From NCBI RefSeq assembly GCF_021028975.2, contig NC_059439.1, forward strand, positions 21,762,001 through 21,826,000: 64,000 bases of DNA. The letters run 5' to 3'. This DNA comes from Sphaerodactylus townsendi. Taxonomy: Eukaryota. Made by a program: the position numbers and the translations under genes. This document shows, piece after piece, positions 24,085 to 35,831 of this stretch (positions within the stretch are counted from its first letter, which is position 1; each line of letters opens with the position of its first letter). The notes beneath the pieces are model-generated. The model ran no database searches. It was not told the DNA's origin and was given only the letters and a program-made list of their open reading frames with translations.

Positions 24085-24900
24085 AATTAATGACGTCATA
24101 CACAATGACGTCATACATTCCGACTGCTTCAGAGTTTTTAGGCGATGACGTCATCTTGCCAACGAGCCTCCGTCCCTCACGCTCCTCAAACACCGTCTGG
24201 CAACACCCCTGCGCAACAATCACATACACAGGCAATAAAGGCAACAACTTCAGAGGAAAAGAAATCTTCCCCCCTCTTCCTGTTCAAAGAGGAAAGTCAC
24301 GTGGGGAGACTCCCACGCCACCAAACTACAACTCCCAAGATCCTCCGCGCGACCAATGGGAGAAGCGCAAAGGGGTGGGGCTGGCTGGTTGGACCAGGCG
24401 GTTAGTGTGAGCGGGGTAAAGATTAGGTGTCTCGCAACGCCGGCCGTTGGGAGGCTAGCGCGGGGCCCCTCCCCCACAGCCCCCCCCCCCTCCCATTAAC
24501 CCCTGCTGGGGCGAAGCGGCGGGAAGGGCCTTCAGGCCAGGTGAGAGAACGAGACGGGAGAAGAGAGAGGGAAAAGAGACGTCGCGCGGGGCCGAGCGGC
24601 GGAGACGGGGGAGGGGCGGGGAAGCTCGGAGCCTTAAAGGGGCAGGACCACTCTTAAAGGGGCAAGTCCGCGCCTGTGTGGTTTTTTTGTCCGCCGGTAG
24701 AATATACCGGTTTTTCAGCGTTGAGTGTGGGTGGGTGGGAAAGCAGCGAAGTCTTTTTAATAGTGCAACACTCGGTCGTGAGAGGGCAGGAAGTTGCATG
24801 CCCACAGTCACGTGGGAGAGAAGCGGAAGTGGTCAGGGCAATGAACTCTGCACGTGGGTCGGATAACTCTTGTCGTGCGCCCTGGGGTTGAGTTCGGCTG
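24085..24900. promoter_or_regulatory. CpG-island promoter of ZNF628, possibly bidirectional
   Basis: High CpG; CRE TGACGTCA at 24091, 24106, 24146; GTCACGTG at 24296 and 24807; ACTACAACTCCCA 24325-24337; CCAAT 24353; ETS GCGGAAGT 24823. Confidence 0.8.
24430..24540 (+). other. ZNF628: ZNF628 non-coding first exon (5' boundary approximate)
   Basis: CAG|GTGAGA donor at 24541 within the CpG island; acceptor ttttcAGcAG at 26671-26675 just before the ATG. Confidence 0.55.
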
Positions 24901-25411
24901 AGCTGTTCAGCAGGATTTCTCAAAAAGGAAGCGTATCCTCCCCCACCTCCCACTATGCAGAAGGGAAGCAGGGCAAGGGCAGTGTGTATAGTGGTTAGAG
25001 TGCTGAGCTTGCATCAGGGAAGTCAGTTCATTCCAGGGTGTAGAATAAATGCAATTGCTCTGTTCAATGCCACCTGTTGCCAGGGGAATTCTATGGCCAT
25101 AACAATCTCTACACCTGCTGCTAGTGTCAGTTTTTGTTTGTTTTGCCATCAAGTTGCTGCCAACTTACGGCCACCCCATAGGGTTTGCAAGGCAAGGGGC
25201 ATTCAGAAGTGGTTGCCCATTGCTTGCCTCTGCATAGCAAGGCAATACAGTATGCAGTGAAATAATTAGAATTAAATGGACACATGAAAATGCAATAAAG
25301 GGCAAGATAACATTTAGAACAGTGGTTCCCAGTTTAGGGGCTTGGGACCCCTGGAAGGCCATAGCCACCCGAGTATTCCTTGATAGTCTCCCATCCACTA
25401 TGGCCACATAG

Positions 25412-25525
25412 GTGCTGCGTGGTTTCCGGGCTGTATGGCCGTGTTCTAGCAAAGAACACGGCCATACAGCCCGGAAACCACACAGCACCCAAGTGATTCC
25501 GGCTGTGAAAGCCTTTGACAATACA
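25412..25525. mobile_element. Short Penelope-like insertion forming a ~37-bp hairpin
   Basis: 13-bp TSD TATGGCCACATAG at 25399-25411 and 25526-25538; end gaaagcctttgacaataca. Confidence 0.8.
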
Positions 25526-26690
25526 TATGGCCACATAGTTCAAATAAAGGCCACTTGGTTCATATGAACAAGCAAAATAATAGTTTTAAAACGCCAGCCG
25601 ACATCTGGGTTGTAGCATGGCATGATATTTAAACTGAGAATTTGCAGAATAGCACAACATTTAAATGGAGTTAGCCTTGCATTTTCTCCGGTTAAGACAG
25701 GATAAATGTTTGAGATGTGGCGTTTCTCCACTTCCTAAATGCGATTTAGTTTATGAATATTTTCTTGACATAATGCTTGTCATTGCTGATTGCAGTACTT
25801 TATGTATTTCACATCAGCACTGGCTACCACTGTTCCCATTTCTAGAAAGGGAATTGAAGCTGAGAGAACATAACTTGGCCAAGACCATGCCAGAGGGTTG
25901 GCCAAACTGCAACTTTTTGTTCCCAGCATGAAGTCAGCAGAGGCATATGGACTGAATGATCCATGCTTTCCATGTGTGAAACAGCCATTGCTGTGGGAAG
26001 ATTTGGAATACTCTTGCACTACAATACAAACAACAGTGGAGTCAATTAAGATATTCATCTACAAGTCACTGAGTGACAAGTTGCCCTTGTTCATGTATGC
26101 GAGGAGCAACGATGCACCACTTTTTTTGATAAAGTAGTAATATTGTAAACCTTTTTATAGTGGTTAAGAACACTGAACTCTAATCTGGAGAACTGGGTTT
26201 GATTTCCCAGTCCTCCACATGAAGCCTGCTGGGTGACCTTGGGCCGCTCACAGTTCTCTCAGAACTCTCAGCCAATGTGGAGACAGGCAGTGGCAAACCA
26301 TCTCCAAAACTCTCTTGCCTTGAAAAGCCTTCAGGTTTGCCATAGATCAGCTGTGACTTGATAGCACATGCAGACTTACAAGGTTGCAAATGGGGATCTT
26401 GACCAGCTGATTTCTATGTGTGGATATATTTGTGACAAATGTTCCTGGTGCGAAAAACAACTTTTTAAAGATGCTAATGCTTTGAGTTTATAAATATAAA
26501 CACTGTTTTGTTAAGTCACCTTCCCATGTGAAAATAAGGCAGTAGCCCCCCCCCCCCCCCCCAGCTCTGTAACAAATGAGGGGATTGGGCCTCAAATCCT
26601 GTCTGTGAAATAAACTTTCTAAAAAGAAAAGCAGTGAAAATGTTTTGATCTGGCCACTATTGATGTTTTCAGCAGGTGAACGCAGGTACC

Positions 26691-29600
26691 ATGGTGGGAG
26701 CCCAGCAGCTAGAGATGCAGGCAGCAGCGGTGCCGGCGGTGGTCCCGGCTGGCGGCGGTTCTGGTGGGAGCAGCGGCGATCACCAGTACGAATGCCTGGA
26801 ATGTGGCAAGGTGTTCAAGTGGTCTTCTCGGCTCATCCACCACCAAAGGACTCATACGGGTGAGCGCCCTTACAAGTGCTCCGAGTGCCCCAAGGCCTTT
26901 AAAGGGTCGTCGGCGTTGCTGTACCACCAGCGCGGGCACACGGGCGAGCGACCTTACAAGTGCGGCGAGTGCGGCAAGGCGTTCAAACGCTCCTCTTTGC
27001 TTCAGATCCACCAGAGTGTGCACACTGGCCTGCGTGCCTTCAAGTGCGCTCAGTGCGGCTTGGCCTTTAAGTGGTCCTCCCATTACCAGTACCATCTGCG
27101 CCAGCACACGGGCGAGCGCCCCTACCCCTGCCCGGCGTGCGACAAGGCCTTTAAGAACTCCTCCAGCCTCCGGCGACACCGCCATACCCATACAGGTGAG
27201 CGTCCTTACGTCTGCCCCATCTGCGGCAAGGCCTTCACGCAGTCCACCAATCTGCGGCAGCACCAGCGAGTGCACACCGGTGAGAGGCCCTACCGATGCC
27301 AGGACTGTGGAAAGGCCTTTACCCACTCCTCTAACTTAGCGCTACACTGCCGATCGGCACATGCTGCCCGCCCTGCCCACACCTGTGTAATCTGCGGCAA
27401 AGCCTTTGCCTCGGACGCCTACCTGCAGCGGCACTTGGAGACTCATGCTGATGTAGCCCCTCCAGCACAGCTTTTTCTAGAGGAATCGACCACCACTGTA
27501 GAGATGCTCTTTCGGTGTAGTGTCTGTCACCTCACCTTCCCCCTCCAGGAGCAGCTGCTGACGCACCAGGAAGTGCACCTGGCCCCAGCAGAGCCACCGC
27601 CCATGCCCCCACGGCCCCCACCCGTTCAGGAGGAGACGGGTGCCTCAGCACCATCCCCTGTGCCCTCCTTAGCTTGCTCAGTGTGCAGCAAGACTTTCAA
27701 GAGCCCAGTGGGCTTAGCGCGACACCAGCAGAGCCAGCACTCTTCAGATCGCACGTACACCTGCGCGGTGTGCGAGCGCTCTTTCCTGGCACTGGCCAGT
27801 CTGTTGGGGCACCAGCATTCCCACCCCCCAGCAGAGCAGCGGCTGGAAGAGGCTGAGGTGACGTGCCCAGCACAGGCTGAGCCAGTAGCTACTGCCACAG
27901 TGGCCACGCCTCCACCCCCCGAGCGCCCCTATGTCTGCGGGGAATGCGGGAAGGCGTTCAAGGGCTCCTCGGGGCTGCGTTACCACCTTCGTGACCACAC
28001 GGGGGAGCGTCCCTATGCCTGCGGGGAGTGCGGGAAGGCCTTCAAGCGCTCCTCCTTGCTACGGATCCACCAGCGGGTTCATACAGGGCTGCGTGCCTTC
28101 ACCTGCCCCACTTGTGGACTGGCGTTCAAGTGGGCCTCTCACTACCAGTACCATTTGCGGCAGCACACCGGGGAACGTCCGTACGCCTGCCAGGACTGCG
28201 GGAAAGCCTTTAAGAACACCTCGTGCCTCCGCCGGCACCAGCAGCTGCATACCGGGGAGCGTCCCTTCGCCTGCCAGACCTGCGGCAAGGCGTTCACCCA
28301 GACATCCAACCTTCGGCAGCACCAGCGAGTACACACTGGTGAAAGACCCTATTGTTGCCGGGACTGTGGGAAGGCTTTCACCCACTCTTCCAACCTGGCG
28401 TTGCACCGACGGACCCACTCCAGGGAGCGTCCTTTCCAGTGTCCGGTGTGCTCCAAGGCCTTCGTCATGGCCTCATACTTGCAGCGCCACTTGCGCACCC
28501 ACAACAGCGCCGAGACGCCCAGCCGTTCAGCCGCCCCGTCGCCTGCTGCCACTCAGGAGGTGCAAATCGTGCTAACCTGCAGGCCACCCTGAATGTGGAG
28601 TTGAGCAGCAGCCCTGCCCCAGCCGGCCCATCTAACACGCAAACGTTCCTGCTGGTTCAGACGGCGCAGGGCTTGCAACTCATCCCTAGCGTGCAGCAGC
28701 AGCAGCAGTCCCCGCCTCCCCAGAGTTCACCCCCCAAACTTATCTTGTTGCCCAGTCCCCAAGTGACGCCCGCAGCACCTGCTGCTCCGGTCAGCTTTAC
28801 CCTATTGCCAAACACCCCCATCACCCCAAACAAGCCTGTTCCACTCCGGCAAGGCAAGGGCAAGAAGCCCTTGGCTCTGCCACCACCGCCACCACCAGTG
28901 TCTGGCAGCCAGAACATCATTTTGATGCCCAGTGCCACTGGGCCCAGCTTGCAGCCTCTCTCTAACGTGCAGATCCAGAGGACCTCGGGGCTGCAGGCTG
29001 GTGGACAAAATGTTATCGTCCTCCAGAGCTTGCCGGAACAGCAAACCGGTACAGTGCAGATCCAAGCTGTGCCGGCTGTTGCGCCGGCAACAGGCACCCT
29101 CCAGATTCAAACCCTGCCGCAATGTCAGCCGCTCCAGAGCCTGCCTGCTGTCCCTCAGGGTGGCACTCTGCAAATCCAGGCCCTGCCTGCTTCCCAGCAG
29201 ACCAGTACTATCCAGATCCAAGCCCTCCCACATTCTCAACAGACTGGCATCGTGCAGATCCAAAGCCTGCCACTCCCCCAGAACACTGTCCAGATCCAAC
29301 GTCTGCCCACCTCCCAGCCGACGGGCACTGTGCAGATCCAGAACCTGTCTGCTTGCCCATCGGCAGGCACGATGCAGTTCCAAACTCTTCAGCCTTCCCA
29401 GAAGGTGAACACTGTGCAATTTCAGGCCGTGTCATCGCCCCAACAAATGGGGACCCTGCAGATCCAAACCCTCAAGCCTTCGCAGCAAACAGGGCCCCTT
29501 CAACTGCAGGCCTTGCCGTCCCCTCAGCAGACCGGCCCTCTGCATATCCAGAACCTGTGCCCCGCAAACCAGTCCGTGACTGGTGTGGAAATCCAGGGGC

Positions 29601-30304
29601 TCTCGCCTTCCCAGCAGCTGGATGGCACCATTCAGCTCCAGGGCTTGGTGTCTTCCCAGGAAGAGCAGCGGCTTCAGCCTTCTGAGGAGATCGCCAGCAT
29701 CCAGCTTCAGCCTCTGGGCCAACCTCAGGAAATGAGCGAGGTGGAATCGGCTATGGCCAGCTCCCATGAGCTCTCTGGGGTAGATCTCCAGCAGGGAGTT
29801 AGTGCAGAGGAGGAAAGCCAGAACTTGATTGTCGTGCAGAATTCCCCTGGGGATGAACTGCTGGGGCCTGGGGGGGAGGTGGAGGGCCTAGAAGGGGTGC
29901 AAGATGTGCACTTTGAGACACTGCAAACAGAGGAGGGTGTGCAGAACGTGCTGGTGCTGAGGAGTGCCGGCGGGGAGCAGACCCGCCTGTGTGTGCAGGA
30001 GGTGGAGAACATCCAGACGGTGCAGGAACTCCCCGGCCTCCAGCTGCAGGGTGCTGAGGGAGGCTCTGGCACCGGGCAGAACCTGCTGATCATCCGCAGC
30101 GCCCAAGGGGAACAGACCCTCCAAGTGCTGGAGAGCGTGCCGACACTTCAGGTGAACAGCCCGGAGAGCACTCAGTCGGCCGGCGACGGCAGCAGCACCC
30201 CTCAGATGGTGCAGCTTTTGCAAAGCCCGGTGGCTTCGCAGGGCCTGCCCTCCATCCAGATTGTCCAGACGGTACCAAACATGCAGCTGGTCCACACTTT
30301 CTGA
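26691..30304 (+). CDS. ZNF628: Zinc finger protein 628 (18 C2H2 fingers + Gln-rich C-terminal region); 1-nt frameshift at ~28570
   Basis: Fingers match ZNF628 (KWSSRLIHH, KGSSALLYH, KRSSLLQIH, KWSSHYQYH). C-terminal QTFLLVQTAQGLQLIP, FETLQTEEG, GEQTRLCVQEVE, GLPSIQIVQT..QLVHTF lie in the second frame. Synteny with NAT14 and SSC5D. Confidence 0.95.
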
Positions 30305-31201
30305 AAGCCGCCATCTCCCCAACAGAGTGAGGATGTTAGTCGAGACTCAGTTGTTTGCACCGGTGGTACAGATGCGACGTGGGGCCCCACGCTGTGGGAC
30401 TAGTGGAAACTCACCAGTTGTCGCTGGAGTTGCCAGGCAGGATTGGTCCAGTCTGGGTGACTTCAAGACTTGTGGATGGCATTGTCCCCTAGAGCTGTGG
30501 GCGTCCCAGGATGATGTCTTGGTGTGGCAGCACACCCGTGCCTGCAGGTCCAAAGCACACTTTTGGCTCTCCCCCCCCCCCTTTCTTGCTCACATATAGG
30601 CTGCTGCTGCTGCTTTTGACCCTGCAGCCATGGTGATCATCCCACGACCTCCAAGAGCACTTATATGTCCTTGCATGTGAAGAGGAGCTAGCTTGTCTAG
30701 CCCTTTGCTCTGTCCAGGCTCCACTCCTGTTTTTTTCTGGGCTTGAGATAATTTTTTTTTTGGCAAGGACCCAAAGTTTGTGCTGCCTGATGGTTAAAAC
30801 AAATAGTTTGGCAGCCAGGACTCCTGGGTCTTCTTCCCACCTCAGACAGAGAGTGTGATTGATGGGTAGCCAGCGAATGCCCAGCTTCTCTCCCTTTCCA
30901 TTCCACATTATAGCTTTGGATGAGGGTCTCTCTGACGCAGCGTGAGCTTTTCTTTGTGTAACAAAAATCAGCGAACTTCAGGTCTTCCTTTGGTTCTCGG
31001 CACTATGGAGCAGGGATGCTCTTTGAGGCCATCTTGCAAGTGGTTATAGATTGCATCTCTCAGCCTGTGCTTTCCCACCCCCATCTGGTCAAACCTCTCC
31101 AATTTCTTGTTCCACAGAATCATATTTCTTCCAGAGTGTACCACAAATTCCTGGTGCTAACACACATAAAAGAGGGTCAGACTCTTAACGGCTGGAATGA
31201 A

Positions 31202-31207
31202 AATAAA
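31202..31207 (+). terminator. Candidate ZNF628 polyadenylation signal
   Basis: First AATAAA after the stop; alternative near 32190. Confidence 0.45.
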
Positions 31208-33753
31208 AACTGCTTTGGAGAACCTTTGCCTTTTTTCCTTCGAACTCCCGTGTTTTACTATATGTTGCGTAGACAACATGCCAGAAGCATCCAAACTGAG
31301 AACAGAACCCAACAGCAACTAACAAAGCCTACCCCAGTTGCAGTTTTCCCGCTGCATGCTATGTGGCTTCATCCACCTAGCTTATTTAACCTTTTGAGAT
31401 TTTATTGTCTTGGAATATCTTTTGTTTATGTATTTTATGACAGAACCCCCAAGCATTGATTTATTTTATTTTGTTTAGTAACCTGGGAAGCCTGATTCCT
31501 TTGGGGTGGGAGTCATAGAAAGCCTCGAGAGGAAAAGAGAAAAGGGTCTGACCTAGAGGAGATTGTAAGACTTTTTTTTCTGGAGCAGCCCCAAACCATG
31601 TTGGGAAAACATCAGGCCCATTCTGCACGGGCCAAGAAACACGGGAGTAGGACGGTTAAAAAAAAAATTTAGGGAAGGAACTTGGCACAGATCTCACCTC
31701 TAAAATGAGTCTGCTGCGTGTTATTTCTCCCAAACTGGGTTTTTTGAGAATCGAGCTACTAGCGAGTCTTTTCAAAAATCCTGGGTTGAAGTACTTACCT
31801 TGCTTATTTTCCAAAATCTGACCAAGCCGGGCTGTATCATACCATTCCACATCCCATCTCTTTATTTATTTACTTACATTATTTATAGTCCACCTTTCTC
31901 CCAGGGACTCAAGGAAGATTACGCATAGTGAATTAGTATAATCAACAAAATGGGACATTCAATAACCAGGGGACCTTGGAACACTGCTGTGTACAATAGC
32001 CATTCAAAATGAGACTGAATTGCCTTGAAATCTGAAAAAGGGAAGTTATTCCCTAGCCAACAAAAGAATACCCTTACAGAACAACACTTCCAAGGTGTGC
32101 AGATCCTTAGAGGTCCTAAGTTCTGCGTGTGCCACACAGTTGATGAGTGGGTCTGACCTTCCCCAAACCACTGTTGAGAGTACCTTGTAAATAAAAACTT
32201 TTCAGGATTTTCCAGAGCAAGTCACTCCCAAATATGACCTTGGGCAAGGCTTGTAAAAAATATGGAAAGGAGAGATGAGCCTGGATTTTGCCTTTATTAT
32301 GAATCTACAACATGTTCCAAGATCAAGTCCAAACTTTGATGAGAAGGTTCTGCTGTACTCTGGCTCACATACTGTGGACATCCCTTAAATATACGGGCCT
32401 GCCTTCCCACCAACTTTGGCACATAACTCAGTAATTCAGTCTCCCTGTAAACTCTTTGTCTTAATTCCTTGTTTAGCTCTGAGACTGGGAACTGAAACTA
32501 GGGTTACAAGCAGCCATAACTGACGGTGTTTTTTTTTAAATCTTGTTTGCTTGATTCAATTATTCTTGACCAGTGATTTTAACTGGGGACGTAGGGTCCC
32601 CAGAGGGTAATTTACAAATGGTGGGGGGAGGAGGTTCCAAATTGTTGGGGTAAATGGATATTTGGGATTTTATGAAGCTCCTTCTACCGACTTAGAATAA
32701 CTTTCAACAGCCAGCTCACAATACCCTGAGGATACATCCAAGATCCACTGCAGAATTTTAAACAAATCCCACAGAAATTTCATTGGGGAGAAAAGCTATA
32801 GAAGTAATGCACTACCATCTCTGAAACCAAGTGATATATGAACTTTCAAAAGAAAAGATCAGGAGGGGAACACAAAAAATGGGGAACATAACTTCTCTTT
32901 TAAAAGGTGTCGGCCTAAAAAAAATATTTTCTTGGGAATTTGTTTTTCTTATCAAAATAAAGCTGACTTGTTTGGAGTGCTGTTTTTCATTACCCAGGTT
33001 TTGATGTATGGCTTGGAGGTACTCTGTGAAAATGTTTATTATTTAGGGAGCAAGAGAGGATTCAAGATGAAGACCATGGTTCTTATCTACAACATAATCT
33101 TTAAAATTATATTTGCCTGGGAGTGCAGTCTTCTTGACCAAGAGACAGAGTCCTATGAATCTAAGCATTAAGCCAAGCCATGGAGCCTGGAGGGTTTGAG
33201 TTAGTCTGGGGATGGAGGAAGCTTAGTGAGTTTTGATGCACCTAGGGACAGTATTTGTGCAAAAGCTGTCTATGCGCTTGAGATGTAATTTTGTTTTTTA
33301 GCTGGATCCAGTGAACAAACAACAGCCAGGCCAGGATTTTTCCCCATGGCTGAGAGGTACCTTTCTCGGTTTCCTCTTGTCGTAATGCATGGGACGCATT
33401 GCATTGGTTTACAGTCAGGGATGTTGGTCTTCCAAATGGGACTTGGGGATGCTGCAAATTTACAGCTCATCTCTAGACTATAGAGATCACTTCCCCTGGA
33501 AAATGCACTCTATGGCATGACATCCCTCCTAAAGTGCATCTGATTCCCCAAGTTCCATCACCAAATGTCCAGGAATCTCCCCACTTTGATCTTGCAACCA
33601 TATCTGCTTCCCCTGCCAGTGGCCAGGAAGGACCTGGCAAGTAGCAACCCTACTTTATAAGACCAAAGGAAGCCACCTTTTCAAGAAATTGAATCAACTT
33701 CTGTCCCTTATACAGTTGTCAACGTGCAGCTTCTCCCAGCACTGCACTTACAG

Positions 33754-34241
33754 CAGTGATGGCGAGCCTATGGCACGGGTGCCAGAGGTGGCACTCAGAG
33801 CCCTCTCTGTGGGCATGCGCAAACAGAGTCACCCCCCCCCCCCGGCTCAATTATTAGCATTAAACCTAAGACCTAGTTTTGGGGAAGCAGTGTAGGTAAC
33901 CCTGTTAAGCGCCATTAAACCTCACTGATTTTCATGCGAAGAACTAAAGCGCGATCCTTTACCTGGGAATAAGCTCGGTTGCTGGCAATGGGGCTTGCTT
34001 CTGAGTAAACCCTCCTAGGGTTGTGATTCACCCGTTGGAAGAGTTGCACGGTTGCTTCAAAGCAAAGCCACTGACTACCACCAAGCTTACTCCTGAGTAA
34101 TGCTCGCCTCGGAGCCAACCGTTTTTCCTAAACTAAAACCTCAGTATTCAGGTTAAATTGCTGTGTTGGCACTTTGCGATAAATAAATGGGTTTTGGGTT
34201 GCAATTTGGGCACTCGGTCTCGAAAAGGTTCGCCATCGCTG
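33754..34241. mobile_element. hAT non-autonomous transposon (488 bp)
   Basis: TIRs CAGTGATGGCGAGCCT / AGGTTCGCCATCGCTG; perfect 8-bp TSD ACTTACAG. Confidence 0.9.
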
Positions 34242-34439
34242 ACTTACAGCTTACCGTATTAGTAAAAGCTTCGTCTATACAATTCCCGCTTGGCCATGCA
34301 ACCCAAGAACTGGGGGAAGGAAGAGCAGGAGAGCTTTTTTTTCTGAATTGTAGAAAGGGAAGTCGTTCATGCATTCCTCTTTGACCTAAAAAAAAGGTAA
34401 AACAAGAAGAGCAAAATGGGTTGTTCGTTGTGCACCAAC

Positions 34440-34696
34440 TACAGAGCAGGCTTTACGGCAGCTCGCAAGGCCTCCTTTTCCTCCCTTAGCAACTGTTGCT
34501 AAGGGCTGCATAGATTAAGGGACCAAGAGGGAGAGAAACAGCGCGTGCGCACTGGGGTAGAGCGATTGCAAGAGAGCAGGGTTTTTACTTCGGGGGCGAA
34601 GCCATTTCTTCCAGCAGGGGGAGGCTGTGTAAGAAGCACTGGAAGATTCCATGTTCGTCTACGCAGGGGTGCAAGCGGCTATATCCGACAAGCTGG
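34440..34696 (+). promoter_or_regulatory. NAT14 promoter and first exon
   Basis: Local CpG enrichment; NRF1-like GCGCGTGCGCA 34541-34551; YY1-like GCCATTT ~34600; donor TGG|GTGAGT at 34697. Confidence 0.6.
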
Positions 34697-35831
34697 GTGA
34701 GTCTACTGTCTGGATAGAGAAATTGCGAATGTGCAAGGCTGGAAGTGGAACATTTCTATTTTTGCATTTCTATTTTTGCACAGGGGTGTGGCTGCCTTGG
34801 TTATTATTTCGTGGGGAGGGGGTTGTGCCTTGCAAACTGGGGGGGGGGGTCTTGGCGAGTGAGTGGGTAGTTGCAGTTTCAATACGAGAGGTTACAACTA
34901 TGGTTGTTAACTATTTCACTTAGCGTAGGTCAGGCAGGTAGTGAGGATTTGCATGTATGAATTGAGTCCAGGGAGGAGAATCAGGGATCTCAGACTAAGG
35001 GTTCGCAACTGTTGATAAAATGGCCACCCTACAAGCTAATAAATGCATAGAAATAATCATATTTCACAACCTGGTTTTTACTGGTTTTCCAAAGCTCTTG
35101 CGGAAAAATGTCCCTATGTTGCGGATTGGGAAACAGGCAGAGAAATGATGGTTTTGCTCAAAGGTATTCAGTGAGCCTGGCTGCAACTGAACTACTGAAT
35201 GCATAAAAATCCAAATATATCTCTGTAATAGCCACACAATTGGATACACAATAACCCTGTGTATCTCAGTTGCTTTAATAATTGCCAACATTTTCCTTTT
35301 GTACTGAGCAGAAAGTGGAAATCCAGCATCCGCATACGCTGGCCCTGATGGCTTATTTTTAACTTGGAGATAGTTTTGTTTATGCTAGTTAAAGAGGGCC
35401 CAAGACTTGCAATCCAAATGGTGGCACTCCCCCTTTACCAAGGTAATATAAGTAAAGCAATACTATCATTAATTGCCAGAACTTAGTGTTTTGCCCTTTC
35501 TAAGTAGACAGACAGCCCTGATATTAGCTTAACCTCTGCCTCAGTGCTTTGAGGGACACCCTTTGTAGTAGAAGCTGGGAGAACTGGGCTTTAGGGTCCC
35601 ATCCCACTTCTATATTTTTTCCCCCTTCAGGAGGATGTAAAGAAGTATTCCTTAACATTTCTTGTCTTTTTTGGCTAAATGAGTTGTGCACCAAATGATG
35701 AGTCTGGTTAAGCCCTGCAGGACTAAGGTGCTAAGTGAAGACCCGTCCTTCTCCCTGCCCCATAACTAGGGAGAGTCAGCAAATTCTCAAGTTTTCCTTC
35801 CTTTCAGGTGCTGGGCTTACCTTCTGCCGCC

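Noticed and set aside
28352-30304. 650-aa ORF as a separate gene
   Set aside because: It is the C-terminal half of ZNF628 beyond the frameshift.
26709-30322. Long antisense and alternate-frame ORFs over ZNF628
   Set aside because: Shadow ORFs of a GC-rich, repetitive coding sequence; no recognisable domains.
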